From the NCBI GenBank assembly GCA_964365185.1, contig CAYIOP010000001.1, forward strand, positions 34,675 through 98,674: a DNA stretch of 64,000 nucleotides. The letters are read 5' to 3'. The notes under the pieces were generated by a model. It made no database searches and was not told where the DNA came from. It saw nothing but the letters and a program-made list of their open reading frames with translations. The translations under genes and the position numbers were made by a program. Positions 1 to 9,986 of the stretch are shown here, piece by piece. The stretch is from an uncultured Candidatus Saccharibacteria bacterium (lineage in GTDB: Bacteria > Patescibacteriota > Minisyncoccia > UBA6257 > 2-01-FULL-56-20). How positions within the stretch are numbered: position 1 is the first letter of the stretch; the number at the start of each line of letters is the position of its first letter.

Positions 1-2
1 TT

Positions 3-353
3 TTAAAAGAAGTTATCGGTTGCAGACATAAAGAGGAGTGTAATCATACCTGTAGCGGCGCTTTTAAAGTTACTGAATTTGAATTAAATTTTTATAAAGA
101 TTTTAATATTCCCTTGCCTAATCTTTGTTCAAATTGCCGGCATTTTGAACGATCAGAGGAGATGACTCCGATGAAACTTTTTAGCGGGCATTGTAATTGT
201 TTGGGTGAGAAGTCCACCGGCGGAATTTATCAAAATCAGGTCAATCATTTTCACGGCAAAGAGAAATGTCCGAATGAGTTTGAAACGAGTTATAGTCCAG
301 ATCAAGGAAAAATTGTGTATTGCAAGGAATGCTACCAGCAAGAAGTAGCATAA
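3..353 (+). CDS. Cys-rich multi-zinc-ribbon protein, 3' part (truncated by window edge)
   Basis: Frame is open from position 3 (LKEVIGCRHKEECNHTCSGAFKV...IPLPNLCSNCRH...IVYCKECYQQEVA*) and aligns by eye with the C-terminus of 13175..14977. Confidence 0.9.
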   Translation, partial: LKEVIGCRHKEECNHTCSGAFKVTEFELNFYKDFNIPLPNLCSNCRHFERSEEMTPMKLFSGHCNCLGEKSTGGIYQNQVNHFHGKEKCPNEFETSYSPDQGKIVYCKECYQQEVA

Positions 354-355
354 AA

Positions 356-442
356 TTAGAATCTAGGATTGAGAATATAGATTATAGGTGGCGAAATTTA
401 AATTTCTTTTTCTAAATCCTATATTCTAAATTCTGTATCCTA
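356..442. repeat. Inverted pair of heptamer-periodic tracts between convergent genes
   Basis: TAGAATC TAGGATT GAGAATA TAGATTA TAGG, followed by reverse-complement-like TTCTAAA TCCTATA TTCTAAA TTCTGTA TCCTAA. Confidence 0.7.
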
Positions 443-946
443 ATTTTTTTTCGTGCGTTCCAGAAAATCTTTGAGTGATTTAGGGGAGCTCGCAAAATGG
501 AGTAGGATGCCGAAAGTCGCGCCTAGAGTGACTGAGAGTAAGAGGTCGTTGTGTTCTCTAATTAGAAGGTAATCAACCAAGGCGTAGAGTGAGAGCGTAG
601 TGATTAAAAGTACAGTGAGACCGATGGTTTTTAAGCCAGCCACTGTTTTTTTGGCGCTGAAAAGAATAAGAGTGATTAAACTTGAAGCAAAGGCCAACCA
701 GAGATTAAATCCCTGGAAAATTGGGTTATTAGGGAAGCCGACGCTCGTGAACATTCCGGCTTTATAAACTACGATTATCGCCACTAAAATTACTCCTCCC
801 CAAAATCCGGCTTTAATGGATTTTACCTCTTTAACAAAATCCGGATCTTTGGCGGTTTGTTTGGTGGTCAAGACAATAACTAAAAGAATAAACGGCACTA
901 TGACCCAGATGATGAGGTTGAACAAAAAATCCAGGGTTTTAGGCAT
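440..946 (-). CDS. Hypothetical multi-pass membrane protein
   Basis: 168 aa with about 5 hydrophobic segments. Confidence 0.8.
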   Translation of the reverse strand: MPKTLDFLFNLIIWVIVPFILLVIVLTTKQTAKDPDFVKEVKSIKAGFWGGVILVAIIVVYKAGMFTSVGFPNNPIFQGFNLWLAFASSLITLILFSAKKTVAGLKTIGLTVLLITTLSLYALVDYLLIREHNDLLLSVTLGATFGILLHFASSPKSLKDFLERTKKN

Positions 947-1101
947 ATTTAAAAGTGTAAAATTTAAAAATCAAAGTGGAAAATAACAATGAAAAATTGA
1001 AAATGACTTCGGTTAAATTATATAACTTGAGTTAGAGTTTCGCAATATCTCACTGGTATTTCCAAGTTCCTGTTTTTAAAGTAAAATAATAGAGATTATT
1101 T

Positions 1102-2922
1102 ATGCCTAAATTAAGACCAGATGTAGTTTATTTCGCCAGAACGGATTTTAGGAATACTAAGCGGCTTTTTGGAATTAAACGTAAGGATCGTCGGCAACAC
1201 AACTATGTGGTTGGTAAGACCGGAACCGGTAAAACAGCGTTGATTCATAATATGGTGGTTCAGGATATTACCAATGGCGAGGGGGTCTGCGTGGTCGACC
1301 CTCACGGTGAGTTTGTGGAGAGTTTGCTCGCAAAAATCCCGGAAGAGCGGATTGATGATGTTATTTATTTTAATCCGGCGGATATTGACCATCCAATTGG
1401 GTTCAACCCGCTTGAATTGCCAGACCCTAAATACCGACATTTGGCCGCATCGGGGTTGATGGCGATTTTTACGAAAATTTGGTCTAATGTTTGGTCGGCT
1501 CGGATGGAATATATTTTAAACAACGCAATTTTGGCGCTTTTAGAAAACTCTAATTCAACTTTACTTGGGATAAATCGGATTTTAGTGGATAAAGATTTTC
1601 GTCAAAAGATTGTGGCGAATGTTAAAGACCCGGTGGTCAGGGCTTTTTGGATTAATGAATTTGAGGCCTGGAGAGATCAGTTTAGGAATGAGGCCATTGC
1701 TCCGATTCAAAATAAAGTGGGTCAGTTTTTGTCAACGGATTTAATTCGAAACGTGGTGGGGCAGACCAAAAGCACGATTGATGTTTTTGACATTATGAAT
1801 AATCGAAAGATTTTTCTAGTTAATGTTTCCAAAGGTAGAATTGGTGAAGACAATTCCGCGCTTCTGGGGGCGATGTTGATTACTAAAATTCAACTGGCTG
1901 CGATGGAGCGAGTTCGAATTCCGGAAGAGGAGCGGGCTGATTTTTATCTTTACGTGGACGAGTTTCAAAATTTCGCGACCGATTCTTTTGCGGGAATTTT
2001 GTCGGAAGCCAGAAAATACCGATTAAATTTAATTATTGCCCATCAATATGTCGGTCAGTTAGTGACAGATGTTTCAACTAAGGTTAGAGACGCGGTTTTC
2101 GGTAACTGTGGAACAATGATGGTTTTTAGAGTTGGCGCCACTGACGCCGAATTTTTGGAAAAAGAATTTACACCGGAATTTATGATTGAGGATTTGGTAA
2201 ATTTACCCAATTACGCAATTTACCTTAAATTAATGGTGGATGGCGTGACTTCCCGGCCTTTCTCGGCCGCGACTTTACCACCGTTTAAGATTCCAACTTC
2301 AGCCGTCACAATCGAGCGGGTAGTTGATATTTCTCGATTAAATTATACTTTGCCCAAAGAGGAGGTTGAGGAGGCGATAATTAAGTGGAGTGGCAGTATG
2401 GGCGATTCAGATTCTGGCAGTATAGAGAGGAGAGGTGAAAATGTTTTGGCGGCGGGACATAAAGTTCAGGCCACTTGTTCTTCTTGTGGTAAGCGAACTG
2501 AATTAAATTTTATTCCCACTGAGGGCCGGGCGGTTTATTGTAAAGATTGTCTCCAGAAAATTAAATCCGGAGAGATGTCTAGGGTTAAGGTGGGGAAAAT
2601 TAAAGAGTTAAGGCCGTCTGAGAAAGACCCGTCGGATTTGGCGTTTTTGGGCATTGAATTTAAACAATCGAAGCCGGAAGAAAAGAGGGAAGATGGTTTT
2701 GAACAAAAATCTGGACTGGCAGCGCCACCGACAAAAGAAACTTCTGAATTCCACGAAATTTCGCGGTCAACCGAACCAAAGATTTCCTTAAGTGAGCTTA
2801 AACAAGTGGATACAGTGCCGAGAGACAAGAAATCAGACCAAGTTAGTATTGATGAGTTGAGAAAGTCCATCGAACGGGCGCTTGAAAGCCAAAGCGAATC
2901 AAGTCAAGAGGGGAACGAATGA
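1102..2922 (+). CDS. TraD/VirD4/VirB4-like (HerA-FtsK superfamily) ATPase with C-terminal CxxC-x17-CxxC domain
   Basis: Walker [15 protein letters not shown], Walker [20 protein letters not shown]; CSSC-x17-CKDC at 2476-2550. Confidence 0.9.
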   Translation: MPKLRPDVVYFARTDFRNTKRLFGIKRKDRRQHNYVVGKTGTGKTALIHNMVVQDITNGEGVCVVDPHGEFVESLLAKIPEERIDDVIYFNPADIDHPIGFNPLELPDPKYRHLAASGLMAIFTKIWSNVWSARMEYILNNAILALLENSNSTLLGINRILVDKDFRQKIVANVKDPVVRAFWINEFEAWRDQFRNEAIAPIQNKVGQFLSTDLIRNVVGQTKSTIDVFDIMNNRKIFLVNVSKGRIGEDNSALLGAMLITKIQLAAMERVRIPEEERADFYLYVDEFQNFATDSFAGILSEARKYRLNLIIAHQYVGQLVTDVSTKVRDAVFGNCGTMMVFRVGATDAEFLEKEFTPEFMIEDLVNLPNYAIYLKLMVDGVTSRPFSAATLPPFKIPTSAVTIERVVDISRLNYTLPKEEVEEAIIKWSGSMGDSDSGSIERRGENVLAAGHKVQATCSSCGKRTELNFIPTEGRAVYCKDCLQKIKSGEMSRVKVGKIKELRPSEKDPSDLAFLGIEFKQSKPEEKREDGFEQKSGLAAPPTKETSEFHEISRSTEPKISLSELKQVDTVPRDKKSDQVSIDELRKSIERALESQSESSQEGNE

Positions 2923-3605
2923 AAATAAAAACCAAATCCGGAAAAATTCGGTTTGACGCCATTACGATTTTCCCTAAAATATTCGATTCTTATTTGAAAG
3001 AATCGCTTTTTAAGCGCGCTTTGGCGAATAAATTAATTGAATTTAAAGTTTGGAATCTTCGAGATTTTACGCAAGACAAACATCATAAAGTTGATGATCG
3101 GCCGTTTGGGGGCGGGCCGGGAATGGTTTTAAAAATTGAGCCGATATATCGGGCAGTATCGTTTTTAAGCGAAAAACGAAAAGCGAAAAGCGAAAAGTTG
3201 AAAATCAGGGTTATTTTGTTTTCAACAAGAGGAAAAAAGTTAGATGTTAAAATGGCGCGGCGACTTTTGAGTTATGATCAGTTGATTTTAATTTGTGGCC
3301 GGTATGAAGGAGTAGATGAAAGAGTGGTGAGATATGTAGTGGATGAAGAAATTTCAATCGGGGATTATGTTTTATCTGGAGGTGAATTGCCGGCTTTGGT
3401 TTTAGTGGAAACGGTAGCTCGTTTAATCCCCGGTTTTCTCGGAAAATATGAATCCCTTGAGGATGTTAAGGGATTTTATCCGGTTTACACTCGGCCCGGA
3501 GATTTTAAACCGGAGGGGAAAATAAAATTTTTGAGCGCGCCAAAAATTCTTTTGTCTGGAGACCATAAGAAAATAAAAGCGTGGCGGGATAAATTTAACA
3601 ATTAA
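2919..3605 (+). CDS. trmD: tRNA (guanine-N1)-methyltransferase
   Basis: [36 protein letters not shown] motifs. Confidence 0.97.
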   Translation: MKIKTKSGKIRFDAITIFPKIFDSYLKESLFKRALANKLIEFKVWNLRDFTQDKHHKVDDRPFGGGPGMVLKIEPIYRAVSFLSEKRKAKSEKLKIRVILFSTRGKKLDVKMARRLLSYDQLILICGRYEGVDERVVRYVVDEEISIGDYVLSGGELPALVLVETVARLIPGFLGKYESLEDVKGFYPVYTRPGDFKPEGKIKFLSAPKILLSGDHKKIKAWRDKFNN

Positions 3606-3644
3606 GTTTAATTAAATGGATTGGTATTGTTTATGGATAAAGCT

Positions 3645-3716
3645 ATCAAGATTTTGCAAGTAATTTTCTTCCTAGCCAAAAGGCCTAAGTCAGAAACTTA
3701 CTTGCAAAATCTTGAT
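3645..3716. repeat. 72-bp hairpin element with 19-bp perfect arms; related copy at 37023-37093
   Basis: ATCAAGATTTTGCAAGTAA ... TTACTTGCAAAATCTTGAT. Confidence 0.8.
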
Positions 3717-3771
3717 TGATTGGTGTAAGTATTTTCTTCTTAGATAAAACGTCTAAATTTGATTTTATTTT

Positions 3772-5199
3772 ATGTTTAAATCGCAGATTGTGACTTTTGC
3801 GGGAGTGTTTTTACTAATCGGTATTTTTGCCGCTTCTTCAGGATGGAGTTTTTACGGGACGAGTTTTTTGATACTTATTTTTCTTTTTGCGTTTTTTTGG
3901 TATAAGAAGAGAGAAAAATTTTATAAGGGAATAGCGCTAATTTTTATTTTTTTCGCTCTCGGATTTTTTTATTATCATTTTTTTACCAATTTTTTTGAAG
4001 TTAGAACCAAAGTAATTTTTAATCAGGAAATCGAATTTGTCGGAAAAGTGGTGAGCGATCCGCGTTTTTTTGAAAATACTCAAGTGTTTGATTTAAAACT
4101 TCAAGAATCTGATCAAGGCACAGTTGTGGTTTTATTGCCTTTGTCGCCGAAATTTGAATATGGCGACCAAGTTAAATTTAATGGAAAAATTGAAAGAGGC
4201 GTGGATAGACGAACTAAACCAACAGTTTTTTTTCCGGACGCGAATTTACTTCAAAAACATCAAGGTTTTTGGGTTAAGGAAAAACTTTTGCGTTTTAAAG
4301 CAGTCCAGCTGGCTCAATTTCGGCGATTTTTATCTCGCGATCAGGCCGCGCTTTTAGCTGGTGAAACCTTTGGTTTTCGAGGAGATTTTACCGAAGAATT
4401 GAAATCGGCGATGAATTTAAGCGGCACTACGCATATCGTGGCTCTTTCTGGATATAATATCGCTATTTTGGTTTTGGCGATTCAAAAAACACTCACCAAT
4501 TTTATGTCTAGGAAAAAGCGATTTTGGCTGATTATTTTGGTAATTCTGCTTTTTTTAATTATGGTTGGGGGTGAGGCGTCGGTGGTGCGGGCGGCGCTCA
4601 TGGGTTTCCTCGTGCTTTTGGCAAGAGAAGCGGGAAGGCCTTACGATGTTTTTCGGGCGATTATTTTGGCGGCGGTATTGATGGCGATACTTAATCCCAA
4701 TATTTTACACTACGACGTTGGCTTTCAACTTTCTTTTTTGAGTTTGTTAGGGTTAGTTTATCTTGAGCCAGTAGTGTCGAAATTTTTTAAAGTCCAAGAT
4801 AAACCCCCAAGTTTTTTAAGCTGGCGGGAAAATGGAATCATTGCGCTTTCGGCCCAGTTGGCTGTGGCGCCGATTATAATTCAAAATTTCAACCAATTCT
4901 CTTTAACTTCCATTTTTAGTAATATTTTAATTTTGGAAGTCGTTCCTTTGGCCATGTTTTTCGGTTTTTTAATTGGAACTCTTGCTTCAATTTGGAGCGT
5001 GTTGGGATTTCTCGCCGCAAAATTTACGGCAGTGATTTTGGCGTATCAGATATGGGTTATTAAATTTTTTGCCGGTATACCTTGGTTTATAGGCGGTCAG
5101 TTTTTCCCTAAATTTTTTTTAATCGGATATTATTTGATTTTGGCGTCTAGCGTATTTTTCTATTATTATGGAAAAAAGAAAGGAACAGGCTTCGGTTAG
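3772..5199 (+). CDS. comEC: ComEC/Rec2 competence protein, membrane (DUF4131 + Competence) part
   Basis: GTTHIVALSGYNI, ASVVRAALM, DVGFQLSF motifs. Confidence 0.93.
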   Translation: MFKSQIVTFAGVFLLIGIFAASSGWSFYGTSFLILIFLFAFFWYKKREKFYKGIALIFIFFALGFFYYHFFTNFFEVRTKVIFNQEIEFVGKVVSDPRFFENTQVFDLKLQESDQGTVVVLLPLSPKFEYGDQVKFNGKIERGVDRRTKPTVFFPDANLLQKHQGFWVKEKLLRFKAVQLAQFRRFLSRDQAALLAGETFGFRGDFTEELKSAMNLSGTTHIVALSGYNIAILVLAIQKTLTNFMSRKKRFWLIILVILLFLIMVGGEASVVRAALMGFLVLLAREAGRPYDVFRAIILAAVLMAILNPNILHYDVGFQLSFLSLLGLVYLEPVVSKFFKVQDKPPSFLSWRENGIIALSAQLAVAPIIIQNFNQFSLTSIFSNILILEVVPLAMFFGFLIGTLASIWSVLGFLAAKFTAVILAYQIWVIKFFAGIPWFIGGQFFPKFFLIGYYLILASSVFFYYYGKKKGTGFG

Positions 5200-5216
5200 G
5201 CCAATTAATTTTATTT

Positions 5217-6083
5217 ATGAACCAAAAAAATAATTTAAGTTTGATAATTTTTTTAATTTTGATTGTTTTTAATTTAGGAAGTTGGTATTTAGTGTTTTTT
5301 TCAAATGCCTCAAGTGAATCCGGGATTTATTTTTTAGATGTCGGTCAGGGCGATAGCAGTTTGCTTAAATTTGGTGGAGCCGAGATTTTGATTGACGCGG
5401 GCCCAAATTCAAAAGTAATTCAGTCGTTAGGGGCGAAGATGTTGGGGGATAAGTATATTGATTTAGGAGTAATAACTCATCCGGAACTAGACCATTTCAA
5501 TGGATTTAATTATCTTTTGAGCCGATATAATTTTGGGGCTTTTATAATTAACGGTCGGAGAGGAAGGACGGCCGAGTGGTCCGAGTTTTTAGCGGCGGCC
5601 GAGACCCATCAGATTCCAGTTTTAACTTTAGGAGCTGGGGATAAAATTTCTTACAATGATAATGAATTTAAAATTATTTCTCCAAGTGTTCAAGTTTTGG
5701 GTACTGGAGCGATGAATGATACCAGTTTAGTCGGCAAATTAGAAACTAGAAATTTTGGAGCTTTATTTTTAGGCGATATTAGCGAGAGTATTGAAAAATT
5801 TCTAATTCAAAATTATGAGCTTGAATTTCTGCGGGTTGAAGTTCTTAAGATTGCCCACCATGGCTCAAAATTTTCATCCAATAACGATTTTTTAAAAACC
5901 GTAGCGCCGAAAATCGCGTTAATTGGAGTGGGGGCAAGCAATACTTATGGTCATCCGACGCCTCAGACGCTTGAGCGGCTTACTAATTTGGAAGCTAAAA
6001 TTTTTCGAACTGACTTAGATGGAACAATTGTTATTCGGGAAATTGATGACAAATTAAAGGTTTTTTTGGGCATAGAGCAATGA
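5217..6083 (+). CDS. ComEC-type metallo-beta-lactamase-fold nuclease, encoded separately
   Basis: FLDVGQGDS, ITHPELDHFNG, KIAHHGS, NTYGHP, RTDLDG. Confidence 0.92.
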   Translation: MNQKNNLSLIIFLILIVFNLGSWYLVFFSNASSESGIYFLDVGQGDSSLLKFGGAEILIDAGPNSKVIQSLGAKMLGDKYIDLGVITHPELDHFNGFNYLLSRYNFGAFIINGRRGRTAEWSEFLAAAETHQIPVLTLGAGDKISYNDNEFKIISPSVQVLGTGAMNDTSLVGKLETRNFGALFLGDISESIEKFLIQNYELEFLRVEVLKIAHHGSKFSSNNDFLKTVAPKIALIGVGASNTYGHPTPQTLERLTNLEAKIFRTDLDGTIVIREIDDKLKVFLGIEQ

Positions 6084-6131
6084 AATCGGGGATTATTTAA
6101 TAGGGGTTTTGGCGTGTTATAATTTAAAGTA

Positions 6132-7640
6132 ATGAATCTTTTGATTAAAAACGTTCAGATTATCGGGAGCGATCAAAAATTGCCGGATAGTTTGGATGTT
6201 TTTGTAAGCGGCGAGAAAATTGCGGCTATCGGACTTTTTCCAGGGAAGAAGGCCGATACTATTATTGATGGCCGAGGTTGTTACTTAGCTCCGGGTTTTA
6301 TTGATGTTGATACTGAGTCCGACCACTATTTGAGCATTTTAAATAATCCTGGCCAGGATGATTTTTTGAAGCAGGGCGTAACCAGTATTATTGGCGGTCT
6401 TTGCGGCGCGTCACTGGCGCCACTTCTCTATGGTAGTTTGGAGTCGATTGAGGAATGGGTGGATGTGCGGAGCGTGAATGTGGATTGGCACACCATGGGC
6501 GAGTTTTTGAATTTAATTAGCCAAAAAAAACTGGGAGTTAACTTTGGAACTTTGGTGGGCCACACAACTTTGCGTCAAGCCATTATTGGCAAAACCCCAA
6601 GGAATTTAACCAAAAATGAACTGACGGTTTTAGGTGAGGTTTTAAAAAGAGCGGTATCAGAAGGCGGTTTGGGATTGTCAACTGGTTTGGGTTATGTTCA
6701 GAGTCGCGAGACGCCTTATTCGGAGTTAAAATTTTTAGTGAAGATAGTTCAGGATTTAGGCGGAGTTTACGCTACTCATCTTCGAGATGACGCGGAGGGG
6801 CTAACCGAATCACTAGCTGAGACAATTAAAATTACCGAGGAGACCGGCAGTAAAACCTTAATCAGTCATTTTGTGCCGGTTAAAGGTTATGAATCTAAAT
6901 ATGAGCAGGCACTTAGACAACTTGAGGGTTTGCCGAATAAGCTTGATTTAAATTTTAGTATTTATCCATCGGACAGCCGGATTTTAAAACTTTATACTTT
7001 TTTGCCGCCTTGGGCTCAAAAAGACGATTTAAAGGTTATGGCTTTGGGGCTTAAGGATGAGTGGTTAAGTAAAAAAATTATTCAAGATTTACCAAAAATC
7101 GATCCGAAAAAATTTGTGGTGGCTCAGGCGCCGGATAATGAATTTGTGGTTGGTTATTCACTTGAGGAACTTAGAAAAATTTATTCTTTTAAAACTTATG
7201 AGGAGGCGCTCATAAAATTAATGTTGACCACCAATTTAAAAGCCACGATATTTTATAAAAATATTGATTATGATTTGATTAAAAAAGCTATTCAAAATTC
7301 TAAGTCGTTGATTGCGTCAAACGCCGCCAGTTTTAAAGATGATTTGTGGCATAAAGCTTTGAAGCCCGAGCGGGCTGTGTCGACCTTTACTAATTTTCTG
7401 GCGTTAATTTTCAAGGATAAAATAATGTCAATTGAAGACGGCATTAAAAAAATTACTTACGAGCCGGCTCGGAAATTTGGAATGCGGGAGAGGGGAGTGA
7501 TTCGTAGCGGTTACTTCGCCGATTTAGTCGGATTTCGGGAAGATAAGATTGAGTTTGTGGTCGTAAATGGTCGGATTGCCGTTTTAAACGGCGAACGGAT
7601 TGATAATTCGGCCGGGAAAGTTTTGAAGCACAGGGCTTAA
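6132..7640 (+). CDS. N-acyl-D-amino-acid deacylase-like amidohydrolase with degenerate active site
   Basis: LAPGFID, QGVTSIIGGLCG, GLSTGLGY, YATHLRD, RGVIRSGYFADLV. Confidence 0.85.
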   Translation: MNLLIKNVQIIGSDQKLPDSLDVFVSGEKIAAIGLFPGKKADTIIDGRGCYLAPGFIDVDTESDHYLSILNNPGQDDFLKQGVTSIIGGLCGASLAPLLYGSLESIEEWVDVRSVNVDWHTMGEFLNLISQKKLGVNFGTLVGHTTLRQAIIGKTPRNLTKNELTVLGEVLKRAVSEGGLGLSTGLGYVQSRETPYSELKFLVKIVQDLGGVYATHLRDDAEGLTESLAETIKITEETGSKTLISHFVPVKGYESKYEQALRQLEGLPNKLDLNFSIYPSDSRILKLYTFLPPWAQKDDLKVMALGLKDEWLSKKIIQDLPKIDPKKFVVAQAPDNEFVVGYSLEELRKIYSFKTYEEALIKLMLTTNLKATIFYKNIDYDLIKKAIQNSKSLIASNAASFKDDLWHKALKPERAVSTFTNFLALIFKDKIMSIEDGIKKITYEPARKFGMRERGVIRSGYFADLVGFREDKIEFVVVNGRIAVLNGERIDNSAGKVLKHRA

Positions 7641-7651
7641 TTTTTTTAAAT

Positions 7652-8764
7652 ATGTTTGGAGTTCGCGTTAAAACTGGACATCGCCCCGACTATTTTCTTC
7701 TGGCGGTTATTTTTCTTTTAGTTATGTTTGGTTTAGTAATGTTATCAAGCGCTTCTTCGGAATTGGGAAAAATTAAGTTTGATGATAGTTATTATTATTT
7801 AAAGCATCAACTTTTAAATGGTTTTGTAATTGGTTTGACGGGTTTTTTACTGGGTTATAAATTGAATTATCAATATTATCGAAAGTTCGCGTTGATTCTT
7901 TTTATCGCCAGTTTGGGCCTTTTGGCTTTGGTTTTTACCCCGTTGGGAGTTTCTTCTGGTGGAGCCACTCGATGGATTAAATTAGGGCCGGTGATTTTTC
8001 AGCCGGCCGAGATTTTAAAGCTGACTTTTATTATGTATTTGGCGGCTTGGCTTAATAACCCCAATGTTCAGCGAGGAAAGAATTTTCTTCAGGGTTTTGT
8101 TCCTTTTTTAGCTATTTCGGCGGTGATGGCGGTGCTTTTAATTTTGCAGCCAGCAACCAGCATGGTGGTAGTTTTAATCGGATCAGGACTAATCGTTTAT
8201 TTTTTGAGCGGCGCCAAAATCAAATTTTTGGCGATTTTGATGGCTTTAGGATTAATTGGTTTTGGCTTAGTAGTGTATTTTACTCCCTATCGATTAAAGA
8301 GAGTGGTAAGTTTTTTTCGTCCTCAAAATATTCAGGAGGAAAGTTATCATTTGAATGAGGCCTTAATTGCGCTCGGGTCGGGTGGAGTGGGCGGGGTTGG
8401 GTTTGGCGAGTCAAGAACCAAAACCAATTATTTGCCGGCAGCGGTTGACGACTCAATTTTCGCGGTGATTGGAGAGGAGCTTGGATTTATTGGTGCTGGA
8501 GGTTTGATCGCGGTTTTAGGACTCCTGACTTTCCGTCTTTTTTGGATTGCTTATAAATTAAGAGATCAGTTTGGCCGATTGCTGCTGGTTGGTTTCGGAG
8601 CTTTAATTGGAATTCAATCTATAATTAATATTGGGGCAATGTCAGGACTCTTGCCTTTAACCGGAGTGCCCTTGCCTTTTATTAGTTATGGCGGAACGGC
8701 GCTCGCGATTTTTATGGTGATGAGCGGCGTGGCTTTAAATGTTTCTAAATATTCTCAAAATTAA
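7652..8764 (+). CDS. ftsW: SEDS peptidoglycan polymerase FtsW
   Basis: GATRWI, FQPAEILK, DSIFAVIGEELG, PLTGVPLPFISYGG; directly upstream of murG. Confidence 0.93.
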   Translation: MFGVRVKTGHRPDYFLLAVIFLLVMFGLVMLSSASSELGKIKFDDSYYYLKHQLLNGFVIGLTGFLLGYKLNYQYYRKFALILFIASLGLLALVFTPLGVSSGGATRWIKLGPVIFQPAEILKLTFIMYLAAWLNNPNVQRGKNFLQGFVPFLAISAVMAVLLILQPATSMVVVLIGSGLIVYFLSGAKIKFLAILMALGLIGFGLVVYFTPYRLKRVVSFFRPQNIQEESYHLNEALIALGSGGVGGVGFGESRTKTNYLPAAVDDSIFAVIGEELGFIGAGGLIAVLGLLTFRLFWIAYKLRDQFGRLLLVGFGALIGIQSIINIGAMSGLLPLTGVPLPFISYGGTALAIFMVMSGVALNVSKYSQN

Positions 8765-9900
8765 TGGCTAGAAAAATTATTCTTTTAACTGGAGGCGGAA
8801 CCGGTGGACATATTTATCCATTGGTGGCAGTTGCTCAAAAGCTGATTAAGGTGGGTTTTGGGAGTGGTGAATTGCAAATTAAATATTTAGGGCCAATGAA
8901 TCAGTTTAATGCTGTTCTTTCGGTTAATTACGGAGTTAGAATGCACAATCTTTTAAGTGTTAAGTTTCGGCGCTATTTTTCTCTTTTAAATTTGATTGAT
9001 ATTCCAAAATTTTTTTTGGCGCTCGCACAGGCTCTATGGAAAGTTTTTTGGATTATGCCGAATGTTATTTTTTCAAAAGGCGGAACCGGAGCTTTACCAG
9101 TGGTTTTAGCCGGTTGGTTTTATCGAGTGCCGATTGTAATCCATGAGTCAGATGCCGTGCCGGGTTTAACTAATTTGGTTTCCGGCAGATTTGCTCGAAG
9201 AATTGCCGTGGGGTTTGATTCAGGGCTTCAATATTTTGATCCCAATAAAGCGATTTTAACAGGTAATCCGGTAAGAGAAGAACTTTTAGGAGACCGATAC
9301 GCGAAAGATATTGCCAAAGAGGAGTTGGGTTTTAAGGGATTAGAGCCATTAGTGGTTTTTTTGGGGGGATCGCAGGGTTCAAAAAGGTTAAATGATTTTG
9401 TGCTTTTAAACCTTAGGGATTTGCTTTCTGAAGCGCAGATTTTGCATCAGGCGGGGTGGGATAATTTTTCGGAAATTGAGAAACTTTCAAGAGCTGCGCT
9501 ACTGGACCTGGATTTGAAAACCGAATTAGAACATCGCTACAAAGTAGTACCGTATTTTTTAGAAAATTTAAGAACGGTTTTAATCGCTGCGGATTTAGTG
9601 GTGACAAGAGCTGGCGGCGGAGCAATTTTTGAATTGGCTGCTTTTGGAAAGCCAGCACTTTTAATTCCTTTGCCGGAATCAGCCGGAGGTCATCAGCGAG
9701 TTAATGCATATGAATTTGCTAAGGCCGGCGGGGGAGTAGTGATTGAAGAAGACAATTTATTTAAGGGAATATTTTTGGGTCAATTTCGGGAAATTTTAAA
9801 AAATGAGGCCTTGAGAAAAAAAATGGAATTGTCTTCGGCTAAATTTTTTAAGCCCGAGGCGGCAGAATTGTTGGCTCAAGAATTAATAAATTTGATTTAA
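8764..9900 (+). CDS. murG: MurG glycosyltransferase
   Basis: GGGTGGHIYP, IHESD, TGNPVR, GGSQGS, HQRVNA. Confidence 0.96.
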   Translation: MARKIILLTGGGTGGHIYPLVAVAQKLIKVGFGSGELQIKYLGPMNQFNAVLSVNYGVRMHNLLSVKFRRYFSLLNLIDIPKFFLALAQALWKVFWIMPNVIFSKGGTGALPVVLAGWFYRVPIVIHESDAVPGLTNLVSGRFARRIAVGFDSGLQYFDPNKAILTGNPVREELLGDRYAKDIAKEELGFKGLEPLVVFLGGSQGSKRLNDFVLLNLRDLLSEAQILHQAGWDNFSEIEKLSRAALLDLDLKTELEHRYKVVPYFLENLRTVLIAADLVVTRAGGGAIFELAAFGKPALLIPLPESAGGHQRVNAYEFAKAGGGVVIEEDNLFKGIFLGQFREILKNEALRKKMELSSAKFFKPEAAELLAQELINLI

Positions 9901-9986
9901 TCTGGTAAATCGATTCGAATTTTTTCAATGATATTTCAATGGTCATGCCTTTAAAATCAAGGAAAATTGTGCTATAATTCGTTTTT

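Noticed and set aside
3772-6083. Split comEC as a pseudogene or novelty
   Set aside because: Both halves are intact with their own starts; separate membrane and MBL genes are a known arrangement
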